A stretch of DNA of 64,000 bases from the NCBI GenBank assembly GCA_043808095.1, contig JAZDFF010000001.1, forward strand, positions 1,628 through 65,627, written 5' to 3'. The notes under the pieces are model-generated. The model saw only the letters and a list, made by a program, of their open reading frames with translations. It was not told the DNA's origin and searched no databases. Numbering within the stretch: the first letter of the stretch is position 1; the number at the start of each line of letters is the position of its first letter. Made by a program: the position numbers and the translations under genes. Positions 10,963 to 20,326 of the stretch are shown here, piece by piece. This stretch comes from Candidatus Omnitrophota bacterium. Lineage in GTDB: Bacteria; Omnitrophota; Gorgyraeia; JAZDFF01.

Positions 10963-11036
10963 TCCCGAATGTTGTTACTATATTAGTTATTCTTCGGGAT
11001 CCCGAAGCGATACCATAGTAGTTACTACATTCGGGA
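10963..11036. repeat. MITE-like palindromic element: TIR TCCCGAATG...CATTCGGGA with central CTTCGGGATCCCGAAG
   Basis: One of five copies (10963, 29818 composite, 30846, 37328, 45256); the whole unit can fold as a hairpin. Confidence 0.6.
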
Positions 11037-11077
11037 TAAACTGTTTTCTGGTTACTCCCGAGCGAAGCGAGGGGAAC

Positions 11078-11917
11078 ATGCCTTTATTTGGAAAGCCGAA
11101 ATATACCATAGTGCGGGTAAAGAAAAAGGATATACCAGACGGTCTTTGGATGAAGTGCCTGGGTTGTTCTGAATTATTATATAATAAAACCCTGGATGAA
11201 AATCTTAAGGTTTGTCCAAAGTGCAATTACCACTTTACTCTAGGCGCAAAAGAAAGAATAGATTTCTTGATTGATAAAGACACCTTTGTTGAATTTGATA
11301 AAGATATGCTTACGGGGGATCCTCTTGAATTTAGGGGCCCGAAGAGTTACAAGGAAAAATTAAAAAAAGACCAAGAGGAGACCGGAATAAACGAGGCGGT
11401 TATTACTGGCGAAGGGCTACTTAACGGCAAAAAGATTATTGTCAATGTTACCGACTCCAGGTTTATTATGGGCTCGATGGGAACAGTGGTGGGCGAAAAG
11501 ATTACCCGTGCGATTGAACGCGCAACTGAGGAGGATCTTCCATTAGTGATTATCTCCGGTTCTGGCGGCGGGGCAAGGATGTATGAGGGGATGCTTTCTC
11601 TTATGCAGATGGCCAAGACCTCAGCGGCGTTGAACCATCATCACAATAAAAGTTTAGTCTTTATATCAGTATTGACCAATCCTACAATGGCTGGAGTATT
11701 GGCTTCTTTTGCAGGCCTAGGGGATGTCATTATCGCCGAGCCAAAGGCATTAATCGGTTTTACCGGCCCACGGGTTATTGAACAGACTATTCATCAGAAA
11801 TTACCACCCAATTTCCAGACTTCCGAATTTATGTTGGCGCATGGGCTAATTGATATGATTGTTAACCGCAAAAGCTTGAAAGAAACCCTTATCCAATTAG
11901 TGGATTATCTGGGTTGA
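11078..11917 (+). CDS. accD: Acetyl-CoA carboxylase carboxyltransferase subunit beta
   Basis: N-terminal C4 zinc ribbon (CLGCSE...CPKCNYHF) followed by the carboxyltransferase domain (GSMGTVVGEKI). Confidence 0.9.
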   Translation: MPLFGKPKYTIVRVKKKDIPDGLWMKCLGCSELLYNKTLDENLKVCPKCNYHFTLGAKERIDFLIDKDTFVEFDKDMLTGDPLEFRGPKSYKEKLKKDQEETGINEAVITGEGLLNGKKIIVNVTDSRFIMGSMGTVVGEKITRAIERATEEDLPLVIISGSGGGARMYEGMLSLMQMAKTSAALNHHHNKSLVFISVLTNPTMAGVLASFAGLGDVIIAEPKALIGFTGPRVIEQTIHQKLPPNFQTSEFMLAHGLIDMIVNRKSLKETLIQLVDYLG

Positions 11918-12194
11918 TACATTCGACTTCGTGGTTCGACAGGCTCACCACTTCTGGAACCATCCCGAACGAAGTTGAGGGGCTCAGTATCAATCCTGAG
12001 CGAGCGAAACGAATCTAAGGATTGATTTTCTTAAAATAGTTGGTATAATATGAACTTACGTTTAAGGGATAGAAAGGTGTAGTAAGAGGTAGCAGGGGTA
12101 AGGAGGGGCAAAATTTAAATCCCTTACTAACCCATTCTAACCCATGCTGACCCTTCCTAATCCTTAAATCTTTTGTATCAACAAGTGAGGGGAT

Positions 12195-13298
12195 ATGGCA
12201 CAAGTTAGTTTAAAAGATGTATCTAAAATCTACTATGGTAATATCAAAGCGGTTAATAAGGTAAATCTGGGAGTAGAAAACAAAGAATTTATGGTTTTGG
12301 TTGGGCCTTCCGGCTGCGGCAAATCCACGACTCTGCGTATGATTGCCGGTCTTGAAGAGGTTACCGAAGGCAAGGTCTTTATTGGCGATAAATTAGTCAA
12401 TGATGTACCTGCTAAGGACCGTGATATTGCTATGGTATTTCAGAATTACGCGCTTTATCCGCATATGACGGTTTTTGAAAATATGGCCTTTGGGTTAAAA
12501 TTGAGGCGCTATCCCAAGAATGAGATTGTGCGCCGGGTAAATGAGGCTGCAGAGATCTTGGGCCTAAAAGAACTTTTCAAACGGTTTCCCAGAGAACTTT
12601 CCGGCGGAGAGAGGCAAAGAGTGGCGGTGGGAAGGGCCATTGTGCGTAAGCCCATGGTCTTTCTTTTTGATGAACCTCTAAGTAACCTTGATGCCAAACT
12701 GCGCGTGCAGATGCGCACTGAGATTCATAAACTTCATCTTCGGCTTCAGACGACGATGATCTATGTTACCCATGATCAGGTGGAGGCAATGACCCTTGGC
12801 TCAAGGATTGCCGTAATGAAGAATGGCGAGATTTTACAATTTAATGACCCCATCAATGTATATGATAAGCCTAAGAATCGTTTTGTGGCTAGTTTTATCG
12901 GGACGCCTCCTATGAATTTTATGGACGGACAACTGATTAAAAAAGACGGCAAATTATACTTTAATGAGGGTAAATTTCAGGCCAAAGTAGTCGAAGGGAT
13001 GTATAAACCATTGCAGCCTTATCTAGGAAAGAATGTTACTTTTGGGATTCGTTCAGAAGATATCTATGATAAATTATTTGTTTCTGAGGCACCGCCGGAT
13101 AACATCGTCAGGGCAACTTGTGAAGTAGTAGAACCAATGGGCTCAGAGGTCTATTTGTATTTGAGAACAGATAAGCATACATTTATTGCCCGCGTAGGGG
13201 CTCATGACCGACCAGAAATAAACCAGGATATGGATTTGGTATTTGACATGAGCAAGGTGCACTTTTTTGATAAAGATACCGAAGTTACAATCGTATAA
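12195..13298 (+). CDS. ABC transporter ATP-binding protein, MalK/UgpC-type (orphan; no permease or binding protein nearby)
   Basis: Walker A GPSGCGKST, signature LSGGERQRVAVGRA, Walker B FLFDEPLSNLD, and a C-terminal MalK-like regulatory domain. Confidence 0.85.
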   Translation: MAQVSLKDVSKIYYGNIKAVNKVNLGVENKEFMVLVGPSGCGKSTTLRMIAGLEEVTEGKVFIGDKLVNDVPAKDRDIAMVFQNYALYPHMTVFENMAFGLKLRRYPKNEIVRRVNEAAEILGLKELFKRFPRELSGGERQRVAVGRAIVRKPMVFLFDEPLSNLDAKLRVQMRTEIHKLHLRLQTTMIYVTHDQVEAMTLGSRIAVMKNGEILQFNDPINVYDKPKNRFVASFIGTPPMNFMDGQLIKKDGKLYFNEGKFQAKVVEGMYKPLQPYLGKNVTFGIRSEDIYDKLFVSEAPPDNIVRATCEVVEPMGSEVYLYLRTDKHTFIARVGAHDRPEINQDMDLVFDMSKVHFFDKDTEVTIV

Positions 13299-14574
13299 CC
13301 TATCTAATAGAGCCTCCTGTAGACGTTCAACCATCCTCTTAATTATCACCTACAGCGTAATAGTAGGTCTCGTTTTATTCAAATTCCGCTATCTATTTAA
13401 AATGGTGGTTCCTATTTTTATTTTGCCTCTCTTGGTTTTTCTTTATCTGTTTAAGAAGACCCAAAAAAAATTAGTTCTCCTGTTCGTAGAAAGAAGTGGT
13501 ATCGAAGAAGGTGTTAATACGCTTAATGATACATTAATTCACCAAGAGAGATTAAGAGGGGCCTTAAACAAAAAGATAAACAGGTACTCTTATCTTAAGG
13601 AACTGACTCAGAATTTAAGCCTGGAGCTGTCCTTGGATGGGGTCTGGCAGATATTAAGGAAAGCCATAACAGAAGTATTTGGGGATTACCAGCTAAATTG
13701 TCTTTTATATCTTGTGGACCGCAAGAAGCATGAGTTGTCTTTGGTTTATTCCATGAGTACCCAAAATGAAATTATCAAGACTAAAAAGGGCAATATCTTT
13801 GATTACTGGGTAATCAAAAAAACGCAGCCTTTACTCGTTGAAAATGTAAAAACAGATTTTCGTTTCGATTTGGATATTATTGAAAAGGAGGAAGCGAGGG
13901 CCATTGGTTCTTTAGCGGCCGCACCACTTATTGCACATTCAAGGCCTATAGGAGTGTTGCATTTAGATTCTGCAGATATTGCTAAATTCAATTCTGACGA
14001 TGTAAGATTACTTTCCACTATCGCCGATTTGTTGACGGTGGCAGTTGAAAATGCGCTTTTTTATGAACACACTAAAGAGTTATCCATAAAAGACGGCTTA
14101 ACCGGGCTGTATCTTAGGCGTTTCTTTATGGAGCGACTTCATGAAGAGTTAGACAGGGCAAGGCTTAATAGATCTTCCGTTTCTCTTTTCATGTTAGATA
14201 TAGATAATTTTAAAAAATATAATGACAAATTTGGCCACATTGCCGGAGATATAGTGCTTAAGGTTATATCCGCAATATTATTAAAGACCTGCACAGGAAG
14301 CGGCACTGTCATCTCAAGATACGGCGGCGAAGAGTTTATTATCCTCATTCCTAATTTTCCTAAAAAAGAAGCCTTTACGTTTGCCAACACCATCAGCCAT
14401 AATATAAAGAGCACTGACATAGTTCTTCGCCGCAATAAAACCAATGTCACTGTTTCAATTGGAATAGCAACTTTTCCCTCCGACACCAAAATCGAAGAAG
14501 ACCTTATTCGTAAAGCAGATTTTGCGATGTATCAGGCAAAACAAATGGGGAGAAATCGGGTATGCTCTTGTTAG
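13267..14574 (+). CDS. Membrane-anchored GAF-GGDEF diguanylate cyclase
   Basis: Two N-terminal TM helices, GAF-like middle region, GGDEF domain with RYGGEEF. The 13267 start is TTG and overlaps the upstream gene by 32 nt; an alternative ATG lies at 13402. Confidence 0.7.
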   Translation: MIKIPKLQSYNLSNRASCRRSTILLIITYSVIVGLVLFKFRYLFKMVVPIFILPLLVFLYLFKKTQKKLVLLFVERSGIEEGVNTLNDTLIHQERLRGALNKKINRYSYLKELTQNLSLELSLDGVWQILRKAITEVFGDYQLNCLLYLVDRKKHELSLVYSMSTQNEIIKTKKGNIFDYWVIKKTQPLLVENVKTDFRFDLDIIEKEEARAIGSLAAAPLIAHSRPIGVLHLDSADIAKFNSDDVRLLSTIADLLTVAVENALFYEHTKELSIKDGLTGLYLRRFFMERLHEELDRARLNRSSVSLFMLDIDNFKKYNDKFGHIAGDIVLKVISAILLKTCTGSGTVISRYGGEEFIILIPNFPKKEAFTFANTISHNIKSTDIVLRRNKTNVTVSIGIATFPSDTKIEEDLIRKADFAMYQAKQMGRNRVCSC

Positions 14575-15578
14575 AGCCATCTGTATTTGTTGCTTCATTA
14601 TTTTTGGCAAGCTGGGCAATTTTTAATATTGATAGGTATTTTACTTTGCGCTGCGCTAATGCCAGAAATGAGCTTATAAATTTCAAAAATACCGCAGGAG
14701 AGTTAAGAGAACGTGTTTCTAAAATTGATGAAAAAAATCTAAAACTTCACCAAGAGGTAGAACGGATATTTTCTCTTTACGAATTTACCAAAGAAGTTAC
14801 CAAACATTTGGCTGAGGATGAATTAACGGGTGTCTTTAGAGAAATAGGGCACAAATACATAAGTTTTAAAGATATTAGATTAATTGAACAGTCGCAATTA
14901 AACGAAGAAGAATTATCCAGCTATCAAAAATTTAGCCTAAAGATAAAAAATGAGGCACTGGGGTATCTAGCGGTCTCAGGCCTTGGGGATACCGAGAAAG
15001 AAAGTTTTGGTATACTCTCTAGCCAGTTTGCCCTTGCCTTAAAAAGGGCCAGGCTCTATAAAGAGATTCAGAAGCTCGCCATAACAGATAGCTTGACTGC
15101 TGTCTACACACGCTGGTATTTTTTAGAGAGGGCAGAAGAGGAATTGCATCGCTCGTTAAAATTTGAGCTTAGTTTTTCGTTTTTGATGCTCGATATTGAC
15201 CACTTTAAAGACTGCAATGATAAATTCGGGCATTTGGTAGGAGACGCGGTTTTAGAGGAATTGTCCGAGGTCCTTAAGGGATGTATTCGCCAGATAGATT
15301 TATTGGGAAGGTTCGGCGGTGAGGAATTTTGCATATTATTACCTGAGACAAATAAAAAGAGTGCTTATCAGGCGGCTGAACGTATCCGCCAGACTGTCAT
15401 AGATTCCGAGATACGCGCCTATGATGAAAAGATAAAATTAACAGTAAGTATTGGCATTGCTACTTTTTCTGAAGATGCGGATAAACTTAAGGAATTAATT
15501 GACAGGTCTGATTGGGCATTATATCGCGCAAAACAAACGGGAAGAAACCGGATTTGTCTCTATGGGGTCTATAAATAA
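14562..15578 (+). CDS. Membrane-anchored GGDEF diguanylate cyclase (second of a tandem pair)
   Basis: N-terminal TM helix, coiled coil, GGDEF domain with RFGGEEF. The start overlaps the previous GGDEF gene by 13 nt. Confidence 0.8.
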   Translation: MLLLEPSVFVASLFLASWAIFNIDRYFTLRCANARNELINFKNTAGELRERVSKIDEKNLKLHQEVERIFSLYEFTKEVTKHLAEDELTGVFREIGHKYISFKDIRLIEQSQLNEEELSSYQKFSLKIKNEALGYLAVSGLGDTEKESFGILSSQFALALKRARLYKEIQKLAITDSLTAVYTRWYFLERAEEELHRSLKFELSFSFLMLDIDHFKDCNDKFGHLVGDAVLEELSEVLKGCIRQIDLLGRFGGEEFCILLPETNKKSAYQAAERIRQTVIDSEIRAYDEKIKLTVSIGIATFSEDADKLKELIDRSDWALYRAKQTGRNRICLYGVYK

Positions 15579-16110
15579 GGACTCCACCTGCCTTAATTTT
15601 AGTCAATTCAATAGGTTAAAATCTGACTCCAAATCCCAATATGTTATATAATTAAAGAAATGTATGAACAATTATCTTGGTTTCGAAGCTGGTTTAACGG
15701 TGTGGAAACTCTTATAGATACCTGTCTTAGAAGCTAGTATTTTGTTATCTGGTATCAAGCATCTAATATCTTGCATCTAGCATCGATGTCAGCATCCATA
15801 ACCAGAAACGCACATCGATGCCTAATTTGTCAAAATTGCCTTGCCAAAAGACTATATTTAGGATAAAATTATTAAGATTTCTTTAAATACTATTTTTAAC
15901 GCTAATTTTCGCGAATCTAACGCAGATTCTCACGAATGACTTTTTTATCATATTAGCGTAAATTAGCGTTTGATTAGCGTAGATTCGCGTTCAGAAAGTT
16001 TTTTTGATACTTCTTATAACCATGATATCTCAATTTACCCCGATAGAGATTAGTTTAATTAAAAAATAAATAAGCATAAATAGAGAACACCTTAGAAAAT
16101 TGCTCGCGCT

Positions 16111-17085
16111 ATGAATAAAGCCAAATCATTACAAGCCCCGTCTTCAAAGAAGATATCTCTAACAGGGTTTGTCATCGGCATTGATATTGGTGGCACCAAC
16201 ATAAAAGTTGGTTTAATAAATAAAGATAAGATTATCCATAAATTTGTCTTAAAGACGAGTTTATATCCTAAAAAATCAGACTTAATTAAGGCTGTTTTTA
16301 GTTCAATAGATAAGGTTTTAAGGAATAATTGCTTAGAGAAAAAAGATATACTGGGAATAGGCATAGGCCTACCCGGAGCCATAGATTATAAAAGAGGTAT
16401 TGTCCATTACCTTCCTAATATCCCCGGCTGGAAAGATGTGCCTTTAGCAAGATTAATCCGGAATCATTTAGGAATTTCTACCTACATCGATAATGATGTA
16501 AATCTTATGGCCTTGGCAGAATTGTATTATGGCCAGGGCAGGGGTAAAAAAAATTTGGTTTGCATTACGCTAGGTACAGGGGTAGGCGGTGGCCTTATTA
16601 TTGAAGGCAATATTTATCGAGGAACGAGTTTTTCTGCCGGTGAAATCGGGCATATGCCTATTGAATTAAAAGGTGCATTCTGTAACTGCGGGAGTCATGG
16701 ATGCTTAGAAAGCCTGATTGGAAATAGTCGTATTTTAGGCAGGGCAAAAAAAGTTTTTGGGAAATACATAACTCTTGAGGAATTAAGCAATTTAGCCATA
16801 AAAGGAAATCAAAGGGCAGTCAAGATCTGGCAAGATACTGGTTTTATTCTAGGGACAGTTCTGGCTGGAGTAGTTAATTTACTTAACCCTGAGCTTATCA
16901 TTATTGGCGGGGGGGTCTCAGAAAGCGGCAAGATTTTATTTAACCAGGTCAGAGAGACCATAAAAGAACGGGCAATGCCTTTACCTGGCAGTATAATCCA
17001 GGTTAGAAAAGCCGTAGTGAGAGAACCCGGCATTATGGGGGCAGCGGTTTTAGTCAGGAACAGTCTTAAATTAAAATATTCTTAA
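16111..17085 (+). CDS. ROK-family sugar kinase (glucokinase-like)
   Basis: [15 protein letters not shown]-binding motif and the ROK zinc motif [10 protein letters not shown]. Confidence 0.8.
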   Translation: MNKAKSLQAPSSKKISLTGFVIGIDIGGTNIKVGLINKDKIIHKFVLKTSLYPKKSDLIKAVFSSIDKVLRNNCLEKKDILGIGIGLPGAIDYKRGIVHYLPNIPGWKDVPLARLIRNHLGISTYIDNDVNLMALAELYYGQGRGKKNLVCITLGTGVGGGLIIEGNIYRGTSFSAGEIGHMPIELKGAFCNCGSHGCLESLIGNSRILGRAKKVFGKYITLEELSNLAIKGNQRAVKIWQDTGFILGTVLAGVVNLLNPELIIIGGGVSESGKILFNQVRETIKERAMPLPGSIIQVRKAVVREPGIMGAAVLVRNSLKLKYS

Positions 17086-17096
17086 GTGGGGGGATT

Positions 17097-17744
17097 ATGA
17101 AGATTTTTATCGATACGGCAAACATCGAGCAGATTAAAGAGGCAAAGGCCTGGGGCCTTTTGGACGGCGTTACTACAAACCCCACCTTAATGGCAAAGGA
17201 AAACATTCCTGCGGAAAAACTTTTAAAGGAAATCTGCTCTTTAGTTGATGGCCCTATAAGTGCCGAGGTCATTAGCCAGGACCAATGCCCTATGGTAGAG
17301 GAGGCCAAAAAATTAGCTGCAATTCATAGGAACATTGTCATTAAGATTCCTTTGACTAAAGATGGCCTAAAAGCGACTAAGATTTTGAGAGGTCAGGATA
17401 TCAGAGTAAATGTTACTTTATGTTTTTCTGCTACTCAGGCACTTCTTGCTGCCAAGGCCGGCGCTAGTTTCATAAGCCCTTTTATCGGTAGGCTCGATGA
17501 TATAAGCCATTGTGGCATGGATTTAATAAGAGATATAAAAAAGATTTATGATAATTACCAATTTAAGACCCAGATTATTGTTGCCAGTATCCGTAATCCT
17601 CTTCATGTTTTAGAGGCAGCCCTAATCGGAGCTGATATTGCCACAGTTCCATTCGTTATCCTGGAGCAATTATTTAAACACCCTCTAACCGATATAGGGA
17701 TAAAGAGGTTTTTAGACGATTATAAGAAGGCCCCCCAAAAATAA
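17097..17744 (+). CDS. tal: Transaldolase / fructose-6-phosphate aldolase family (short type)
   Basis: [16 protein letters not shown]...GVTTNPTL signature; 215 aa. Confidence 0.85.
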   Translation: MKIFIDTANIEQIKEAKAWGLLDGVTTNPTLMAKENIPAEKLLKEICSLVDGPISAEVISQDQCPMVEEAKKLAAIHRNIVIKIPLTKDGLKATKILRGQDIRVNVTLCFSATQALLAAKAGASFISPFIGRLDDISHCGMDLIRDIKKIYDNYQFKTQIIVASIRNPLHVLEAALIGADIATVPFVILEQLFKHPLTDIGIKRFLDDYKKAPQK

Positions 17745-17754
17745 TCAAGAAAAA

Positions 17755-20034
17755 ATGCATCAAGCAAAAATCCCTGCCTGCCGGCAGGCAGAAAAATTTA
17801 AAATCCAGAGATATCTTAAAGTTTTTAATTTTGGATTGTCATTTTGGTTTTTTATATTCTCCGCCACATTACTTGGCGGACCCGCCAAGATTTTTGGCGG
17901 GGGAATTCTGGCTTGTGCGTTTGCTCAAGAAGGCACTAAGGAGCCGGTTATTGTAGATGGCGATAAGGTAGAATTCTTTTCCGAAGAGAAAAAAGTAACA
18001 GCAGAAGGCAATGTCATCGTCTCTCAAAAAAAAGCGAAATTAGTTTGCGACAAGGTTACAGTATACACCGAGACCCAGGATGCAATAGCCGAAGGCCATG
18101 TCCGGTTTTATTACGAAAAAGGCGTTCTTTTCGCGGAAAAATTCATTTACAATTTCCAGAGCAAGAAGGGAAAGTTGATAGATGCTGATATCGAATCACC
18201 ACCGTATTACGGAAAGGGCCAATTTGCAGAAAAGGTCAGTGAATACGAACTAAAGATTAAACACGGATATTTTACAACCTGCGACGAGAAAAATCCTCAT
18301 TATAAGCTCCGGTCCAAGAAACTAAATATATTCCCCGGTGATAAAGTGGTAGCCAAGGAAGTCCTATTTCAAGTTGGTAAATTTCCTCTGATGTATTTGC
18401 CTAGTTACACCCACCCTATTGACGATAGGCGTCCACGGGTTACAGTTCTCCCGGGCCGAACTAAAGATTGGGGTTATTTTTTGTTAAGCGCCTGGAGGTA
18501 TTATTTTACCGAGAATGCTATGGGGAGATTCCATGTTGACTATCGCGAGAAGAAAGACGTCGCCTGGGGGTTTGATCATAAGTATAAGATAGAAAACATG
18601 GGAGAGGGGTTGTTTAAGACCTATTATATGAATGAAAGAAGTATCTCGGCTAAGCATGTCTATGAGATCTATGATGAGGAAAGAAATACTGTTGAGAAGG
18701 AAAGGTTCAGGATTCAATTAAGGCATAAATGGGAGATTAATCCCCAAGAAACTGCTATTTTAGAATATAATAAAATCAAGGATGCAACTTTTCTAAAAGA
18801 TTATTTTCTTCGGGAGTATGAAGAGGATGGTCAGCCAAGTTCATATTTTTTATACACCCGTTCATTGCCGGAATATACCTTTAGTTTTTATACTAAAAAG
18901 AGGACGAACCGCATCTTTGCGGAAGTAGAAAGACTGCCGGAGATGAAGATAGAAACCCCTGATTTAAATATAACCAGGCTTTTTTTGGAAGATAATAGTC
19001 CTACTTCAGACAAAGGATTACAATTTGAATTGCAAAAAACAAACGCCTATTTCAAAAACTCAACGAGTTTTTCTAATCTAGTTAGCAAGGGAGTTGTCCC
19101 TGATTCTGAAGTAAGCGACCAGGCCAAGAGGTTTGATACCTATAATCAGTTATCTCTGCAGAGGAAATTTGTTTTTATTGAGACACGGCCTCATGCCGGA
19201 TTCAGGGAGACTTTTTATAGCAAAGACAGGTATAACGACGAGAATTTATTTCGGGGGATATTCGATAGCGGTATTGACTTGAGTACCAAGTTTTACAGGA
19301 TCTTTGATGTAACAAGTGATTTTATGGATATCGAGATTAATAAACTGCGCCATATCATTACTCCCACTGCCTCATATTCATATGTCCATCCACCTACAAT
19401 CCCATCATCAAAATTAAATTACTTTGATAGCTTAGATTCAATAGGTCAAACCAACAAGATGTCACTGGCACTAAGCAATAAATTTCAGACAAAAAGGGAA
19501 AATAATACTATTGATTTTGTAAATTTTACAGTATCTAGCGATTATTCCTTTAAACCTAAAGGAGACAGAGGCAGCAGTTTTTCTGATTTTTTATTTGATC
19601 TGGAAACTATTCCTTATGAATGGCTAAGGATTGAAGCAGATGCTACTTACGACCACTTTGAAGATTATTTTAAAACTGTAAACTCGGATTTGACGGCAAA
19701 TATCACTGATAAGACTTCGGCTAGTTTTGGGTATCGTTATCAGAGAAAGTCGACTAGGGATTATATTACCAATTTTAATTACAGGATAAATCCAAAATGG
19801 TGGTTTTCTGTTTATGAAAGATTTGAACAGTTAGGCAGAGGTTTAACAGAGCAGGAATACACAATAGAAAGGGATTTACATTGCTGGACTATGGCATTCA
19901 CTTATAGTGTAAAAAGGGGCCGCGGCGAAGAGATATGGTTGGTTTTTTCGATAAAGGCATTCCCCGAGATGGGTTTTGAATTTAATAAGAGTTATCGCGC
20001 TCCTAAAAGAGGTACGCAGTTTGGTGGTCCTTAA
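17755..20034 (+). CDS. lptD: LPS-assembly outer-membrane protein LptD (OstA family)
   Basis: OstA-like N-terminal domain and a large C-terminal beta-barrel rich in aromatic residues. The start is uncertain: the first codons overlap a palindromic repeat, and an in-frame TTG at 17836 gives a cleaner signal peptide. Confidence 0.75.
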   Translation: MHQAKIPACRQAEKFKIQRYLKVFNFGLSFWFFIFSATLLGGPAKIFGGGILACAFAQEGTKEPVIVDGDKVEFFSEEKKVTAEGNVIVSQKKAKLVCDKVTVYTETQDAIAEGHVRFYYEKGVLFAEKFIYNFQSKKGKLIDADIESPPYYGKGQFAEKVSEYELKIKHGYFTTCDEKNPHYKLRSKKLNIFPGDKVVAKEVLFQVGKFPLMYLPSYTHPIDDRRPRVTVLPGRTKDWGYFLLSAWRYYFTENAMGRFHVDYREKKDVAWGFDHKYKIENMGEGLFKTYYMNERSISAKHVYEIYDEERNTVEKERFRIQLRHKWEINPQETAILEYNKIKDATFLKDYFLREYEEDGQPSSYFLYTRSLPEYTFSFYTKKRTNRIFAEVERLPEMKIETPDLNITRLFLEDNSPTSDKGLQFELQKTNAYFKNSTSFSNLVSKGVVPDSEVSDQAKRFDTYNQLSLQRKFVFIETRPHAGFRETFYSKDRYNDENLFRGIFDSGIDLSTKFYRIFDVTSDFMDIEINKLRHIITPTASYSYVHPPTIPSSKLNYFDSLDSIGQTNKMSLALSNKFQTKRENNTIDFVNFTVSSDYSFKPKGDRGSSFSDFLFDLETIPYEWLRIEADATYDHFEDYFKTVNSDLTANITDKTSASFGYRYQRKSTRDYITNFNYRINPKWWFSVYERFEQLGRGLTEQEYTIERDLHCWTMAFTYSVKRGRGEEIWLVFSIKAFPEMGFEFNKSYRAPKRGTQFGGP

Positions 20035-20212
20035 CAAATACGGATAGAGAATAAATTTTCTAGAAAACTACCAAGGGATATGAGCTAAGGCAGGGTTTAG
20101 GTTAAGTAATATAGGCTGTCACGAAATTCATTCCAACCTATGATTACAGTGATTTTAAATAAGATTCCAGTGATTATCTCGATGACATGCTTAATCGCCG
20201 TAATCTATTTTC

Positions 20213-20302
20213 TTCCCGCTTTACGGGATCCCGCTGGATATTTTCTATTGCGCGGGATAATCACCGTAATCAAGGGCGGCACTTTTGTGACGCCCTATTA
20301 AG
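20213..20302 (+). promoter_or_regulatory. Conserved ~90-nt leader element (copy 1), upstream of ugd
   Basis: ~90% identical to 52594-52687; contains the palindrome GCGGGATCCCGC and an AGGGCG...CGCCCT hairpin. Confidence 0.45.
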
Positions 20303-20326
20303 TAATAAGTTAGGAGGGTAATCAGC

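Noticed and set aside
11918-12010. Possible tRNA (GGTTCGA T-loop-like words) in the accD downstream spacer and at 42780-42990
   Set aside because: No acceptor-stem complementarity and no D or anticodon arm. The GGTTCGAC/GTCGAACC words are inverted-repeat members of a dispersed repeat family.
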